A stretch of 64,000 nucleotides of DNA from Oligoflexales bacterium (GCA_045105515.1 JBGCDR010000156.1:66061-130060); one strand, 5' to 3'. Shown: positions 8,948-19,756, numbered from the stretch's first letter. The notes: generated from the letters alone by a model not told the origin. Program-made: numbers and translations.

Positions 8948-9889
8948 ATGTTTGAGTTTATAATGAAACGCATCTTATCAGCAATTCCTGTGAGCCTTGG
9001 TGTAATCATCCTTGTCTCTTTGATGATCCACTTGATCCCAGGGGACCCTATTGATGTCCTACTCGGAGACTTTGCTACCACTGAAGAAAAGATACTTATG
9101 CAAAAAGCTCTTGGTCTTGACTTACCGTGGTGGCGACAATGTAGCAGATACATTAAAGGGGCTCTTAGCGGCGATTTACAGTATTCACTCATTTACCATG
9201 AGTCCGTCATTTCTCTTATCGGAGAACGGGTTCTTCCGACGTTAGAACTTGCAGTCTTTTCAGTTCTAATTGCCATTATCCTTAGTATCCCCCTTGGGAT
9301 TATAGCGGCAATTAGAAAAGGACATGCTTTTGATATGATTAGTATGACTTTAGCTCTCATAGCTGTAGCCATGCCTAACTTTTGGTTAGGCCCTATGCTT
9401 ATATTATTGTTCTCTTTAAAATGGGGGCTATTACCTGTTTCTGAAAACATCGGTTTTACTAGTTTCATTCTTCCCAGCATTACCATCGGCACTTCATTGG
9501 CAGCTATTCTTGCTCGCATGACTAGAAACTCTATGTTGGAAGTACTTAAAGAAGACTACATTCGCACAGCAAGAAGCAAAGGCCTTAGCGAAAAATTGAT
9601 TATTATGAAACATGCACTCCGAAATGCCTCACTCCCACTAAGCTCCGTCTTGGGTCTTCAACTAGGAGCACTATTGACTGGGTCTGTCATAACTGAAAAA
9701 GTTTTTGATTGGCCAGGTTTAGGAACTCTTATGATCGAGGCTTTGGGTAACAGAGACTATCCACTTATTCAAGGCTGTGTTCTAATCTTTTCACTTTCAT
9801 ACCTTTGCATTAATTTACTTACGGACATATTTTATGCTGTGATCGATCCCCGTATAAAAGTAACAGGTATGGATAATGGAATCTCATAA
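8948..9889 (+). CDS. Peptide/nickel ABC transporter permease (DppB/OppB family)
   Basis: LIPGDP, ALGLDLP, EAA loop DYIRTARSKGL, KHALRNA, TEKVFDWPGLG, RDYPLIQG, IDPRI. Confidence 0.92.
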   Translation: MFEFIMKRILSAIPVSLGVIILVSLMIHLIPGDPIDVLLGDFATTEEKILMQKALGLDLPWWRQCSRYIKGALSGDLQYSLIYHESVISLIGERVLPTLELAVFSVLIAIILSIPLGIIAAIRKGHAFDMISMTLALIAVAMPNFWLGPMLILLFSLKWGLLPVSENIGFTSFILPSITIGTSLAAILARMTRNSMLEVLKEDYIRTARSKGLSEKLIIMKHALRNASLPLSSVLGLQLGALLTGSVITEKVFDWPGLGTLMIEALGNRDYPLIQGCVLIFSLSYLCINLLTDIFYAVIDPRIKVTGMDNGIS

Positions 9890-10715
9890 TAGACACCGAC
9901 TCGCCCGAAGACTCATCAATTCGCCAACTTTTATCTTAGGAATTTTAATTCTTACATGCCTGCTAGTAGCAGCAGTCTTAGGGCCGTTATTGCTTCCATT
10001 TGAAGATGAAGTAAGCTTCTCAAAACGTCTAAGCCCACCAAGCTACCAACACCCTTTTGGTTGTGATCTCTATGGTCGTGACGTCTTGAGTGCATGCTTT
10101 CTTGGGGCCCGCACATCTCTCATGGTTTCATTCATTACGGTTCTAATAACAAGCTTCCTTGGGTCTACATTAGGTCTACTCGCAGCATATTTTCGTGGCC
10201 TAATTGATAGGTTTATCTCCGTATGCTTGGATATTGTTATGGCCTTCCCTGGGATTCTATTAACCATGACCATTGCATCCATTCTTAAGCCAAGCTTTCT
10301 CACTCTAATCATATCTATTTCACTTACAGGTTGGACTGGATTTGCCCGTATTGCGAGAGCTCAAGTTCTATCGTTGAGAGAGTTAGAGTATGTTACTGCC
10401 AATATTGCTTTGGGTGCCTCTTCTTTGAGGACAATGATAAATCATATCTTACCCAATATAATACCGCCAATAGTTATTGCTGCGAGCTTTTCTTTATCAA
10501 GTGTCATATTGATTGAAGCAAGCTTGAGCTTCCTCGGCTTAGGAGTTTTAGGACAAAACCCTAGTTGGGGAAGCTTACTTAACCAGGGTAGAAGTGTTTT
10601 AACTGAGGCTCCGCACTTAAGTGTCATTCCAGGACTATTAATAATGTTTCTTGTCTTAGCTTTCAATTTTATAGGGGATGCCTTACGAGATGCACTGGAC
10701 CCTAAGGAAATATAG
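9876..10715 (+). CDS. Peptide/nickel ABC transporter permease (DppC/OppC family)
   Basis: HPFGCDLYGRDV, EYVTANIALGAS, HILPN, EASLSFLGLG, GDALRDALDPK. Confidence 0.92.
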   Translation: MESHNRHRLARRLINSPTFILGILILTCLLVAAVLGPLLLPFEDEVSFSKRLSPPSYQHPFGCDLYGRDVLSACFLGARTSLMVSFITVLITSFLGSTLGLLAAYFRGLIDRFISVCLDIVMAFPGILLTMTIASILKPSFLTLIISISLTGWTGFARIARAQVLSLRELEYVTANIALGASSLRTMINHILPNIIPPIVIAASFSLSSVILIEASLSFLGLGVLGQNPSWGSLLNQGRSVLTEAPHLSVIPGLLIMFLVLAFNFIGDALRDALDPKEI

Positions 10716-10775
10716 ATCTGGAAAGACATAAAGGCAGGAGCGAAAAGAAAACATGATCCCCTAAAGGATCAACGA

Positions 10776-11312
10776 TTACTTTTGTACCATTTCCTTAAGG
10801 CCTTTAAGAGCTCTGACCTTAACTACATTGCGAGATGGCTTAGCCTTAAACACCATTGGCTCCTTTGTAAAAGGATTAATACCCTTACGAGCTTTAGTTG
10901 CAGGCTTAGTTACGCGAACAATTTTCATAAGGCCAGGAAAGTTAAAGACTCCAGGGCCTTTTTTACTTAAGTCAATATTAATTAGCTCGTGGAGGTTCTC
11001 AAACACCTGAACAATTTCTTTTTTAGACAATCCACAAGTTTCAGCTAAAATTCCAAAAATATCACTTTTAGTTCTTGCTTTTTTGACTTTTTGAGCAACC
11101 TTTGATATTGGCTGCGTCACTTGAGCTTTAGTTACTTTTTTAGTTACGACTTTTTTAGTTACGACTTTTTTAGTAGCAGCTTTTTTAGTAGTAGTCTTCT
11201 TAGTAGCAGCTTTTTTAGTTACTTTTTTGGCTTTGGCCTTTGTTTTGGTCTTGCCTCTAGTTGTTGTAGCCTTTGCCTTAGATTTTGTTGCTTTCTTCTT
11301 CTTTTTAGCCAT
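10776..11312 (-). CDS. HU-family DNA-binding protein with a histone-H1-like Lys/Ala/Thr-rich N-terminal tail
   Basis: C-terminal HU fold (LSKKEI..F, PGLMKI, ARKGINPFTKE, KAKPSRNVVKVRALK); roughly 75-aa N-terminal tail of KKAAT/KKVVT repeats; ATG 11312 with GGAG RBS. Confidence 0.9.
   Translation of the reverse strand: MAKKKKKATKSKAKATTTRGKTKTKAKAKKVTKKAATKKTTTKKAATKKVVTKKVVTKKVTKAQVTQPISKVAQKVKKARTKSDIFGILAETCGLSKKEIVQVFENLHELINIDLSKKGPGVFNFPGLMKIVRVTKPATKARKGINPFTKEPMVFKAKPSRNVVKVRALKGLKEMVQK
11126..11230. repeat. Imperfect 15-bp tandem repeats encoding KK(V/A)(V/A)T pentapeptides in the HU tail
   Basis: Repeated TTTTTTAGTTACGAC and TTTTTTAGTAGCAGC-like units on the + strand. Confidence 0.75.
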
Positions 11313-11633
11313 TAACAATACTCCTGCTAGTTGTTCAATAAGTAAAAATTAGCTCTACCTTAAAAGTAAGATTAGCTCAATAAAAAATCAAGCCTATAAA
11401 TAAAGCTTTAAACGTTTCAATACTACAGGAGATTTTTTTTCTACGTCAAGACTCAAAATCTTTAATGGATTTTTAGACTGAATTTTTTGATCTCTCAAGT
11501 TTTTTTAAAGGTTCAAAAGCTTCTGATATCATGAATAAAAAAAATACAAATTGAAAATTTATGTCTTAGTGTTCTTCAGAAACCCATGAGTATTGGCGAC
11601 AATGGATTTTACTAGCTTAGCATTAAAAACCTG

Positions 11634-13427
11634 TCATGGAGTACTTAAATTTTGCCATGCAGATGGACGCTCTAACATAAACCGCACTAGTCTATGTTGA
11701 ATGTGCTGTTCAAATACTTGTGGCTGCATCCTATTTTTAATCTCCAAAATAAGCTGCCGCGCTCCTTGATCAAGGGATTCTAGATACAACTTTGTTAGTT
11801 TCAAGTAACTCTCTCTTGAGTTTTTTTTCATCCTATTAAGCACTTCAACGACATCTTCCTTATCTGAACTATGATCTTTCTTCCCTTTGGTTGCAGGCTT
11901 TTTTGGGGCTAAAGGAGCGCTTTTCGAATCTTGAACTGCATGCTCTGCTGTTTTGGAATTAAGGTTTGATTTAACTTTTTTCACACTTTCCATTTTATTG
12001 TTTACCAAATCACTCGATTTTGAATGTTCCCATTTACTAGATTTAAGACCCCTTAAACCTAATTTTTCAAGGATTGCAGCGCTCTCTAAGCTTGCAAGAC
12101 AGGCTCCTGGCACTCTACTAACAGCATCTTTGTATAGATCTTTTTCTGAAATTTGCTTCTGAAAGCGTCGATAGTGCTCGTTATGCTTTTCTAAATCAAC
12201 GTTAAGATCAGGCAGGTCATAAAATAACTCCGTGAGACGTAATTCATCCGGGACTTGGAAGGGATGCTTGCGATCCTTTCTTACGACCCACTCCCAATAA
12301 AGTCCCACCAATGGTAAAAGTACATTATTGTCAATGAGCCAATATTCAGGTGAATCTAAACCTGGATCTTGCTCTAGAAGGGCCTGACTACCTAGTATCT
12401 TCTCGTATTGATTCTTATCATTTGCTTCTTTTTGGCTTCTATCATCAAGACAGGTAAGGCTATTGTGTATATCGGACAGAAAAGCTTGATCTTTTTTTAG
12501 TTTTTCGAACACTGCCTTCGTGAATACTCTAAAATCTTCTCCTTGAAAGTGATTGGGACTCACTTTCCACAATAGTTGTAAAAGCGGCTCTCTTTCATTA
12601 AATGCCAAATAATCTCCCTCAAGAGGTTTACAAACGGAACCATGGTCTGCCAGTTTTCTACTTAGGCGGTGGATAATAGACACCATTCTCGTAAGTGATG
12701 GGGTCTGATTTTGCTTGTTTTGATCCCGAACACCCTCAAAAATCTTGGGTACCGACTCTCCAAATACCCCTTCTAGATTTAAACAATTGAAAGACCATTG
12801 AACCGCTTTTTCCATTCTCAAAAGCACAAGCTGTTCAATCCCTTGGGCTTCATGCCAAAGCGATCGCCACAAGACTAGGGGGGCTTCACAGCCCATAATT
12901 TGCCTTAATCTCAGCTGTCCCCCCAAACTTCTCTTCACCTCCTTATATGCACTGATAAATCCAGTAAATGCTTCGGTTGCGAAAGGTTGTAAACCTAGCA
13001 CCAAATGCATCCCCTCCTCTATTTTTCTCCAAGATTCAAAAGAAAAAAGAGTCTGGACATCATAACCTGAGGCAGATTTATGGTATAATTTCACACTACC
13101 CAATGAAGCCAAAAGCTGTTTTAAATATTTTTTACGACTATGAAGGTAAATTCCTGCTTCTTTTTCGATGTTATTTGGGTCTAAATGAATGATTTGCTGG
13201 GTGGAGCCTGTTTGCATTAGCTCCCTTTGAACATGAGAAATCACCAGAGGAAATAAATAAAGCTCCTGAAGATCAAAAGCTGGCCCTACCCCTAATGCAG
13301 GAATTTGCTCCCAGGATTGGACAGCATATTCAGCTTGTAACATCGAATCAAAAGCATTAACCCACCAAGCTGGCGCATAAAACCTTGTTTTTAAATACTC
13401 TGAGAGTGAGCCTTTATCAAACTGCAC
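11634..13427 (-). CDS. Hypothetical protein, 597 aa (possible winged-helix/replication-initiator-like N-terminus)
   Basis: Long ORF with GTG start and no clear family motif. Confidence 0.6.
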   Translation of the reverse strand: MQFDKGSLSEYLKTRFYAPAWWVNAFDSMLQAEYAVQSWEQIPALGVGPAFDLQELYLFPLVISHVQRELMQTGSTQQIIHLDPNNIEKEAGIYLHSRKKYLKQLLASLGSVKLYHKSASGYDVQTLFSFESWRKIEEGMHLVLGLQPFATEAFTGFISAYKEVKRSLGGQLRLRQIMGCEAPLVLWRSLWHEAQGIEQLVLLRMEKAVQWSFNCLNLEGVFGESVPKIFEGVRDQNKQNQTPSLTRMVSIIHRLSRKLADHGSVCKPLEGDYLAFNEREPLLQLLWKVSPNHFQGEDFRVFTKAVFEKLKKDQAFLSDIHNSLTCLDDRSQKEANDKNQYEKILGSQALLEQDPGLDSPEYWLIDNNVLLPLVGLYWEWVVRKDRKHPFQVPDELRLTELFYDLPDLNVDLEKHNEHYRRFQKQISEKDLYKDAVSRVPGACLASLESAAILEKLGLRGLKSSKWEHSKSSDLVNNKMESVKKVKSNLNSKTAEHAVQDSKSAPLAPKKPATKGKKDHSSDKEDVVEVLNRMKKNSRESYLKLTKLYLESLDQGARQLILEIKNRMQPQVFEQHIQHRLVRFMLERPSAWQNLSTP

Positions 13428-13514
13428 ATGAAACCTTACTATTCATTCCAACCCAACTAAAGATAGGGCTTTAATTACCAACTAGTAAGACTCTTACAAA
13501 AGAGTCTGCACACC

Positions 13515-14078
13515 TCAAAGATTTTTCCACAATTCCCTTATTTTCTCGATTTTGTGCTTTTTAAGCTCAACAACCAAAGAATTCTTTAGGTCTTGCCATT
13601 CTTCAATGCCCAAATACGCTAAACAGTAAACATCTATTGAATCCGCTTTACCTGATTCTAGCGATTTCCATTTCCGATAATAAATATCGGCAATCTTAAA
13701 CTTTGGGTAGCTTATTTTATCTACCTTGTTCACAAGCAATTTTTTTAGGTACCTTTGTTGCACATTAGATAATGACTTCCCTTGATCCAAAAGCTTGTTC
13801 AAAAGAGTTAAACTCAAAATTCGTGCAAAACTGTGAAAAGTGTTTAGCTGAGTCTGTTTAATGCCCAAAGGAAGTATGCTAAGGCCATCCCGAGAGAATA
13901 CAAACTCAACCCTCTCTTCAAGCCAATAAACTTTTTCTTCTTCAAGGCTTGTCCAGCTAGGTATGGTTGCTTTGTTACTTTCCACCAACTGCATAGTGAC
14001 CCCTAGCAACACATTTGAAGCCACCAACTGAAACAATAGAGCTGATAATGCACTAATGAATAGTCCATTTTGAATCAT
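13515..14078 (-). CDS. Hypothetical protein with hydrophobic N-terminus
   Basis: 187-aa ORF, 17 bp downstream of the upstream co-oriented gene. Confidence 0.6.
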   Translation of the reverse strand: MIQNGLFISALSALLFQLVASNVLLGVTMQLVESNKATIPSWTSLEEEKVYWLEERVEFVFSRDGLSILPLGIKQTQLNTFHSFARILSLTLLNKLLDQGKSLSNVQQRYLKKLLVNKVDKISYPKFKIADIYYRKWKSLESGKADSIDVYCLAYLGIEEWQDLKNSLVVELKKHKIEKIRELWKNL

Positions 14079-14095
14079 AGAGGATCCTCAATAGT

Positions 14096-14821
14096 TTATA
14101 AAATGTGATAGACTAGCCCTAGACCAATCCACCAGTCCTCTTTTTCAAAATCTGCAGATTCAATTTTGCCTTCTGAATTATCCATCGGATTATAAGCCAC
14201 GTTACGTTGATGTGCTTCAATTCGAGCTGCAATATTCAGACTAAAAAAGTAATCAAACATGATCCCTGTATCTATCCGCGTTAGCATAGTCGCATCAAGA
14301 GCTTTTTTCCCTTCTTGATTTCGCTCTTCCATACCATCAAGCCTTTCAAGATAGGCATCTAATCCAAATAATACTCGGGTTGAAGGAGTGAAATCGTAAA
14401 CTACACCCACCAACAATCCAGGCAAATGCAATGAATGAGAAGGTTTAAAATTGGCAGATCTAGTTGACTCATAGTAGTAGCCTACAGATGAACCCAAAAA
14501 ATATCCGAAACTCTGCCACAATGGGATGTGGTAACTATATTGAGCTTTAAAAACAAGCCCCGTCATCGCATATCGCTCTTCTGAAATGCTACCAAAGTCC
14601 CTAACTTTCCAAGAACCTTCTGTTCTTCCCATGAACAAGGCAAAGTTATGGTCTTTACGAAAATCTTGTACATAGCGCTCCCATCGATGAAATTGCGAGC
14701 CAAATCCCTCAACTAACTCTTGGCTATAGCAAGGGAATGACAGCGGACACAAAACAATAATGCTGGCGAATAAAAAAAAGATACTAAAGCACTTAGACAT
14801 AGAAAAGATAAAACGTTCCAT
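14096..14821 (-). CDS. Hypothetical exported protein, probable outer-membrane beta-barrel
   Basis: Signal peptide, alternating aromatic/Gly strands, C-terminal WWIGLGLVYHIL; AGGAG RBS. Confidence 0.6.
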   Translation of the reverse strand: MERFIFSMSKCFSIFFLFASIIVLCPLSFPCYSQELVEGFGSQFHRWERYVQDFRKDHNFALFMGRTEGSWKVRDFGSISEERYAMTGLVFKAQYSYHIPLWQSFGYFLGSSVGYYYESTRSANFKPSHSLHLPGLLVGVVYDFTPSTRVLFGLDAYLERLDGMEERNQEGKKALDATMLTRIDTGIMFDYFFSLNIAARIEAHQRNVAYNPMDNSEGKIESADFEKEDWWIGLGLVYHIL

Positions 14822-15101
14822 CGAACAGCCGTTGCTCCTTTACAAGCGAATTCTATAACATATACTTACAGCAGGTGAGCCAACTGAGTACTAGAATGCT
14901 CACTAGGTACAGTCTTCCAACTAGCTTATCAAGGCAAACGATCTTTAGTGAAGCATATGACAGAACTAAAGTTTGGAGTCCTATATCATGATTTATAGCC
15001 AGAGCTGATTACAGCGCAAGCTATCGATGATGGCCTTAGGTGCTGTACGAGCAAACTAACAGCTCAATAATACAAATAATACTAAAGGATATTGATCTAT
15101 T

Positions 15102-16271
15102 ATGGAAAATCAAAAACTCTCAGTTTGGTATGACCAGCTTATCGCCGCAATTTTTGATCCTTACTTTTACGGAATCATAGTCGGATTGCTTGTCTTTTTA
15201 GTGCTTATGATGCTTAGCAAGTTGTTGGCACCGCATACCCACGTTGAATCTAAAGATCAGAGCGGTGAACCTGATGAGACACTGCTAGTTAGCACTCCGT
15301 CGAGCGACAAGAAGGATTCTGATGCTGCTGTTATCAAAGAAATCAAAGCAACAGACAAAGCTTCTTGGCTGGGCAAGCTTCAACAAGGCCTCAGTAAAAC
15401 TCGAAACTCACTTCAAAGCAGTATGTCAAATTTGTTTCAAGGAAAAAAAATTGACGATACAACCCTTGAAAGCCTGCATGAAACCTTATTTCGATCTGAT
15501 ATTGGAGTGGCAACTGCCGATAAACTGGTTGGGCATGTTAACAGTTCTCTTAAGGGTAAGAATAGTAGCTGGGAGGAAGTAAAAAGTGAATTACACAAAG
15601 CAGCTTTCGACATCATGAGCACCACTAGGCACCCCCTAAACATTCCTTCAACAGGTCCTCAAGTTATTTTAGTTGTAGGTGTCAACGGAGTTGGAAAAAC
15701 CACCAGTATAGGTAAATTAGCTGCCCACTTCATGTCAGAAGACAAAACGGTTTTATTATGCGCTGCAGACACATTTAGAGCAGCTGCAATTGATCAACTA
15801 AAAGTTTGGGGAGAACGACTGGGAACCAAGGTCATAGCCCATCAGCAAGGCAGTGATCCCGCAGCAGTCGCTTATGATGGTGTTAAAGCAGCAATCGCCC
15901 GTGAATCCGATGTACTGATCATAGATACAGCAGGCCGGCTCCATAGTAAAAATGACCTCATGCAAGAATTAAACAAAATTAAAAGAGTCATAGGCAAAGA
16001 TCTACCTGAGGCACCACATGAAACTTGGTTAGTAATAGATGCTACAACCGGTCAAAATGCTTTCCAACAAGTCAAGGCGTTTGATGAAGTTGCAAAACTT
16101 ACAGGAATCATAATTACAAAGCTAGACGGAACCGCCAAAGGAGGTGTTATCATTGGGATATCAGACCAGTTTAAACACCCAATTCGATATATTGGAGTCG
16201 GTGAAAAAGCTTCAGATTTACGAGAGTTTAATCCCAAGGACTATTTGGATTCTCTATTTGCCGAAGCCTAA
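15102..16271 (+). CDS. ftsY: Signal recognition particle receptor FtsY with N-terminal TM anchor
   Basis: GVNGVGKTTSIGKLA, ADTFRAAA, DTAGR, DATTGQN, TKLDGTAKGG, IGVGE. Confidence 0.97.
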   Translation: MENQKLSVWYDQLIAAIFDPYFYGIIVGLLVFLVLMMLSKLLAPHTHVESKDQSGEPDETLLVSTPSSDKKDSDAAVIKEIKATDKASWLGKLQQGLSKTRNSLQSSMSNLFQGKKIDDTTLESLHETLFRSDIGVATADKLVGHVNSSLKGKNSSWEEVKSELHKAAFDIMSTTRHPLNIPSTGPQVILVVGVNGVGKTTSIGKLAAHFMSEDKTVLLCAADTFRAAAIDQLKVWGERLGTKVIAHQQGSDPAAVAYDGVKAAIARESDVLIIDTAGRLHSKNDLMQELNKIKRVIGKDLPEAPHETWLVIDATTGQNAFQQVKAFDEVAKLTGIIITKLDGTAKGGVIIGISDQFKHPIRYIGVGEKASDLREFNPKDYLDSLFAEA

Positions 16272-16304
16272 GGGATGAGGCCTTTTTCAATGGGATATTC
16301 CCTC

Positions 16305-16333
16305 TTGACAGCACCTCGTAGTCCAGCTAGATT
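16305..16333 (+). promoter_or_regulatory. Sigma70-type promoter of tRNA-Val
   Basis: TTGACA-17 bp-TAGATT, 18 bp upstream of the tRNA. Confidence 0.7.
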
Positions 16334-16351
16334 CAGTGACTCGAATAGTTC

Positions 16352-16428
16352 AGGGGTGTAGCTCAGTTGGTTAGAGCGCTACGTTGACATCGTAGAGGTC
16401 TCCAGTTCGAATCTGGACATCCCTACCA
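16352..16428 (+). tRNA. tRNA-Val(GAC)
   Basis: AGGGGTG/CATCCCT acceptor stem, anticodon arm CTACG-TTGACAT-CGTAG, GTTCGAAT T-loop, encoded CCA. Confidence 0.97.
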
Positions 16429-16544
16429 CTTCTTTTATCGACTTCCCAAATTCAACTCAGCTTACAAAAGACAAATGCACATTGCAATGCGTGTTAATCG
16501 AAAACAAGCTTACACAAGCCTGGGTCAATGGTCTTGTTTAGCTG

Positions 16545-18641
16545 TTAGACCCCTCGAAATCTAGCAAGGGTTTCTGAGGAGACCTGCTCATACCGGCAAA
16601 ACTTCATGGTATAGGTAGCTCTACCTTGTGATAGTGAGCGCAAATGAGTTGAATACCCAAACATCTCAGATAGAGGAGCTACAGCATCAAGTACTTGAAG
16701 GTGCCCTCTTTGCCCAATATTGCTAACTTTTGCTCGCCGACCATTGAGATCTGTAATCACATTGGACAAATAGTCTTCTGGAACGGAAACTTCTACGGTC
16801 ATACTTGGTTCAAGCAATATGGGACTACCTTTTTGCAAACATGCTCTAGCAGCATTTGCACCTGCAATCTGGAAGGCCACGTCGTCCCCATACTCTTCTT
16901 CAAATTTAGCATTCTCAAGCACTGCTTTGACTCCCACCACAGGATAGCCAGCTATTACTCCAGATAGCAGCGCAGAAAATACTCCTTCCTTTACATTCTC
17001 CACAAAATTACTGGGCAATTGAGAGTTTGAGCATTTATTTTCAAAAACAAACTCTTCTTGTTCTTCGTTTGGCTCAAGACTTAGGCTTACACCTGCTTTT
17101 TTAAGCTGCCCTGCAAGTTCACGCTCAAATATTTCTTCAAAATTAGCAGTTTTAGAGATGCTTTCCCGGTATGCAACCTGCGGAGAACCCACATTTGCTG
17201 CTATGTTAAACTCCCTCAGTAAACGATCGACCATGACTTCGAGGTGTAATTCTCCCATTCCTCCCAATAAAGTTTGGCCAGTATCTTTGTCCTCTTTCAC
17301 CTGAAACGATGGATCCTCTGCACACAGTCGTTCGAGCCCCTTAGTGAGCTTATTAGCATCTGATGTACTTTTGGCTTCGACAGCAATATTTATGACTGGC
17401 TCTGGAAAATTTAAAGACTCAAAACTGATGGGTGCCTTTTGATCACACAAGGTATCCCCGGTACTTACAGCCTTAAGCCCAACCACAGCGACGATGTCTC
17501 CTGCGGATGCTCGATCCACTTCTTTTCGAGAATTTGCTTCCATATGAAGAATTTTTTGGATTCTTTCTCTCTTTCCTAGCCTAACATTATAGACGACTGA
17601 ACCGACTTTAAGTTCACCAGAATAAACTCGTATATAGCATAAATTCCCGACAAATGGATCAGTAGCAATTTTAAATGCCAATGCTGAAAAAGGTTCGGTT
17701 TTTATACGTTTTCGCACCAACCGAGTCTCCTTTCCGTCTGTACTCATACCTTCTACGTCCTGCAACTCGAGAGGCGAAGGAAGGTAAGCTACAACTGCGT
17801 CTAGCAAAGGTTGAATGCCCTTATTTTTAAAAGCACTACCACACAAAACTGGTACCATTTTAAACTCTAGGGTTCCCTTACGAATACAGCCCTGTATCTC
17901 GTCATTAGTTACCTCAACACCATCTAAGAAACGTTCCATAATCGCATCGTCGAACTCTACCACTCCTTCTATCATACTCTCCCGAGCTGCTTGTGCGCTT
18001 TCAACGAGCTCTTCCGGAATTTCGTCCTCTCTAAAGCTTGCACCCTGTGCTTTATCCTCTTCCCAAATCAGAGCTTTCATTGAAATGAGATTAATAATTC
18101 CTTTGAATTCAGATTCACTTCCAATGGGTAACTGCAACCCGATTGGGTTTGCATTAAGTCGCTCTTTAATCGACTTAATCGAATCTTCATAGCTAGCACC
18201 TACCCTATCTAGCTTGTTAACAAAAGCTATGCGTGGCACTTGATATTTGTCTGCCTGCCTCCATACCGTCTCCGATTGAGGCTCGACACCATGTACCCCA
18301 TCAAATACAGCCACAGCCCCATCTAAAATCCGCAACGAACGCTCGACCTCTATGGTAAAGTCCACGTGGCCAGGAGTATCAATTATATTGATAATATGCT
18401 TATTCCAGTAGCAGGTCGTGGCAGCTGAGGTGATTGTAATTCCTCGCTCTTGCTCCTGCACCATCCAGTCCATGGTGGCTGTACCTTCATGAACCTCACC
18501 AATTTTATGGATTTTTCCTGTATAGAATAGGATGCGCTCCGTTGTTGTCGTTTTACCTGCATCTATATGGGCCATTATCCCAATGTTGCGAAGTAAACCC
18601 AAACGGTCTGTTGACTCTGCCTCTTTCATTCTGTTACCCAA
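16545..18641 (-). CDS. fusA: Elongation factor G, divergent domain IV (recycling-type EF-G2-like)
   Basis: [33 protein letters not shown]; located after rpsG. Confidence 0.95.
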   Translation of the reverse strand: MGNRMKEAESTDRLGLLRNIGIMAHIDAGKTTTTERILFYTGKIHKIGEVHEGTATMDWMVQEQERGITITSAATTCYWNKHIINIIDTPGHVDFTIEVERSLRILDGAVAVFDGVHGVEPQSETVWRQADKYQVPRIAFVNKLDRVGASYEDSIKSIKERLNANPIGLQLPIGSESEFKGIINLISMKALIWEEDKAQGASFREDEIPEELVESAQAARESMIEGVVEFDDAIMERFLDGVEVTNDEIQGCIRKGTLEFKMVPVLCGSAFKNKGIQPLLDAVVAYLPSPLELQDVEGMSTDGKETRLVRKRIKTEPFSALAFKIATDPFVGNLCYIRVYSGELKVGSVVYNVRLGKRERIQKILHMEANSRKEVDRASAGDIVAVVGLKAVSTGDTLCDQKAPISFESLNFPEPVINIAVEAKSTSDANKLTKGLERLCAEDPSFQVKEDKDTGQTLLGGMGELHLEVMVDRLLREFNIAANVGSPQVAYRESISKTANFEEIFERELAGQLKKAGVSLSLEPNEEQEEFVFENKCSNSQLPSNFVENVKEGVFSALLSGVIAGYPVVGVKAVLENAKFEEEYGDDVAFQIAGANAARACLQKGSPILLEPSMTVEVSVPEDYLSNVITDLNGRRAKVSNIGQRGHLQVLDAVAPLSEMFGYSTHLRSLSQGRATYTMKFCRYEQVSSETLARFRGV

Positions 18642-18666
18642 CCTTAGTCAAATATTTCACGAGACG

Positions 18667-18705
18667 AAAAATACCCCCCTATGAATAAATCAAAGGAGGG
18701 TTTTT
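18667..18705 (-). terminator. Intrinsic terminator-like hairpin between rpsG and fusA
   Basis: Minus strand: imperfect GC-rich stem ACCCTCCT...AGGGGGGT followed by ATTTTT. Confidence 0.6.
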
Positions 18706-18734
18706 ACTCTAATTCAATGTAATCCGAAAAGCTA

Positions 18735-19223
18735 TTACCAGCGATAATGTGCAAATGCTTTATTTGCGTCAGCCATTTTGTGAACATCTTCACGTCTCTT
18801 GACTGTTGCACCACGCTTTTGAGCTGCATCAACTATCTCAGCTGCAAGTCTTTCACGCATTCCTTTACCAGGACGCTTACGTGAAAACTCGACCAACCAC
18901 CTGAAGGCAAGCGCTTGCCGTCTTTCAGGTCTAACTTCGATTGGAACCTGGTAGTTTGAACCACCCACACGGCGAGATTTGACTTCCAAAAGCGGTTTCA
19001 CATTCTCGATTGCCATTTTGAAAATTTCAAGAACACTTTCGCACTTAGGAAAATCCTTCATGCTCTTATCCTTGATGATATCAAGGGCACCGTAAAACTG
19101 CTTCTCAGCAGCTGATCGTTTGCCATGCTTCATCATACAACTGACAAATTTAGTTACCATTTCTTCGTTATATAGCGGGTCAGGCAGGACCTGTCTTTTC
19201 GTTGCTGCGCGCCGACGTGACAT
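18735..19223 (-). CDS. rpsG: 30S ribosomal protein S7
   Basis: [30 protein letters not shown]. Confidence 0.99.
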   Translation of the reverse strand: MSRRRAATKRQVLPDPLYNEEMVTKFVSCMMKHGKRSAAEKQFYGALDIIKDKSMKDFPKCESVLEIFKMAIENVKPLLEVKSRRVGGSNYQVPIEVRPERRQALAFRWLVEFSRKRPGKGMRERLAAEIVDAAQKRGATVKRREDVHKMADANKAFAHYRW

Positions 19224-19236
19224 TTATCTCACTCCA

Positions 19237-19611
19237 TTACTTCTTAGGCTTCTTGGTTCCGTATTTACTACGTCCCTGTTTCCTGTTGTTTACACCTTGG
19301 GTATCTAAGCTTCCTCTTACCACGTGGTAGCGAACACCAGGCAGATCTTTAACTTTACCTCCACGGATCAACACAACACTGTGCTCCTGAAGGTTGTGGC
19401 CTTCACCACCAATATATGAAGTTACTTCCATTCCGTTCGTCAAACGGACCCTAGCAACCTTCCTAAGAGCGGAGTTAGGCTTTTTAGGAGTGGTTGTATA
19501 AACACGGATACACACACCGCGACGTTGTGGGCAGGCTTGAAGGGCAGGTCCCTTGGACTTGGCCTTTTGTTGCTTTCGCCCTTTCCTAATAATTTGGCTA
19601 ATTGTAGGCAT
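19237..19611 (-). CDS. rpsL: 30S ribosomal protein S12
   Basis: [34 protein letters not shown]. Confidence 0.99.
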   Translation of the reverse strand: MPTISQIIRKGRKQQKAKSKGPALQACPQRRGVCIRVYTTTPKKPNSALRKVARVRLTNGMEVTSYIGGEGHNLQEHSVVLIRGGKVKDLPGVRYHVVRGSLDTQGVNNRKQGRSKYGTKKPKK

Positions 19612-19688
19612 AAATCGACTACCTTCTCTCTATCGTCAAAGTAGACCGCATATCTACCAGACTGAATGTTTTAACGCAATACTAATTT

Positions 19689-19723
19689 AAAAAATAAAAG
19701 CTGGTCACTTCTCAACAACCAGC
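19689..19723 (-). terminator. Intrinsic terminator after rpoC
   Basis: Minus strand GCTGGT-N12-ACCAGC followed by TTTTATTTTT. Confidence 0.6.
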
Positions 19724-19756
19724 AAAGAATAAAAAATTCTCTTCAATTCGAAGAAC

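Noticed and set aside
16352..16545. Genomic island integrated at tRNA-Val
   Set aside because: No duplicate of the tRNA 3' end was seen, and fusA follows directly.
19630..19656. Sigma28-like TAGA-N15-GACGATAG before rpsL
   Set aside because: Overlaps a plausible sigma70 promoter (TTGCGT-17-TAGATA) and would leave almost no leader; likely chance.
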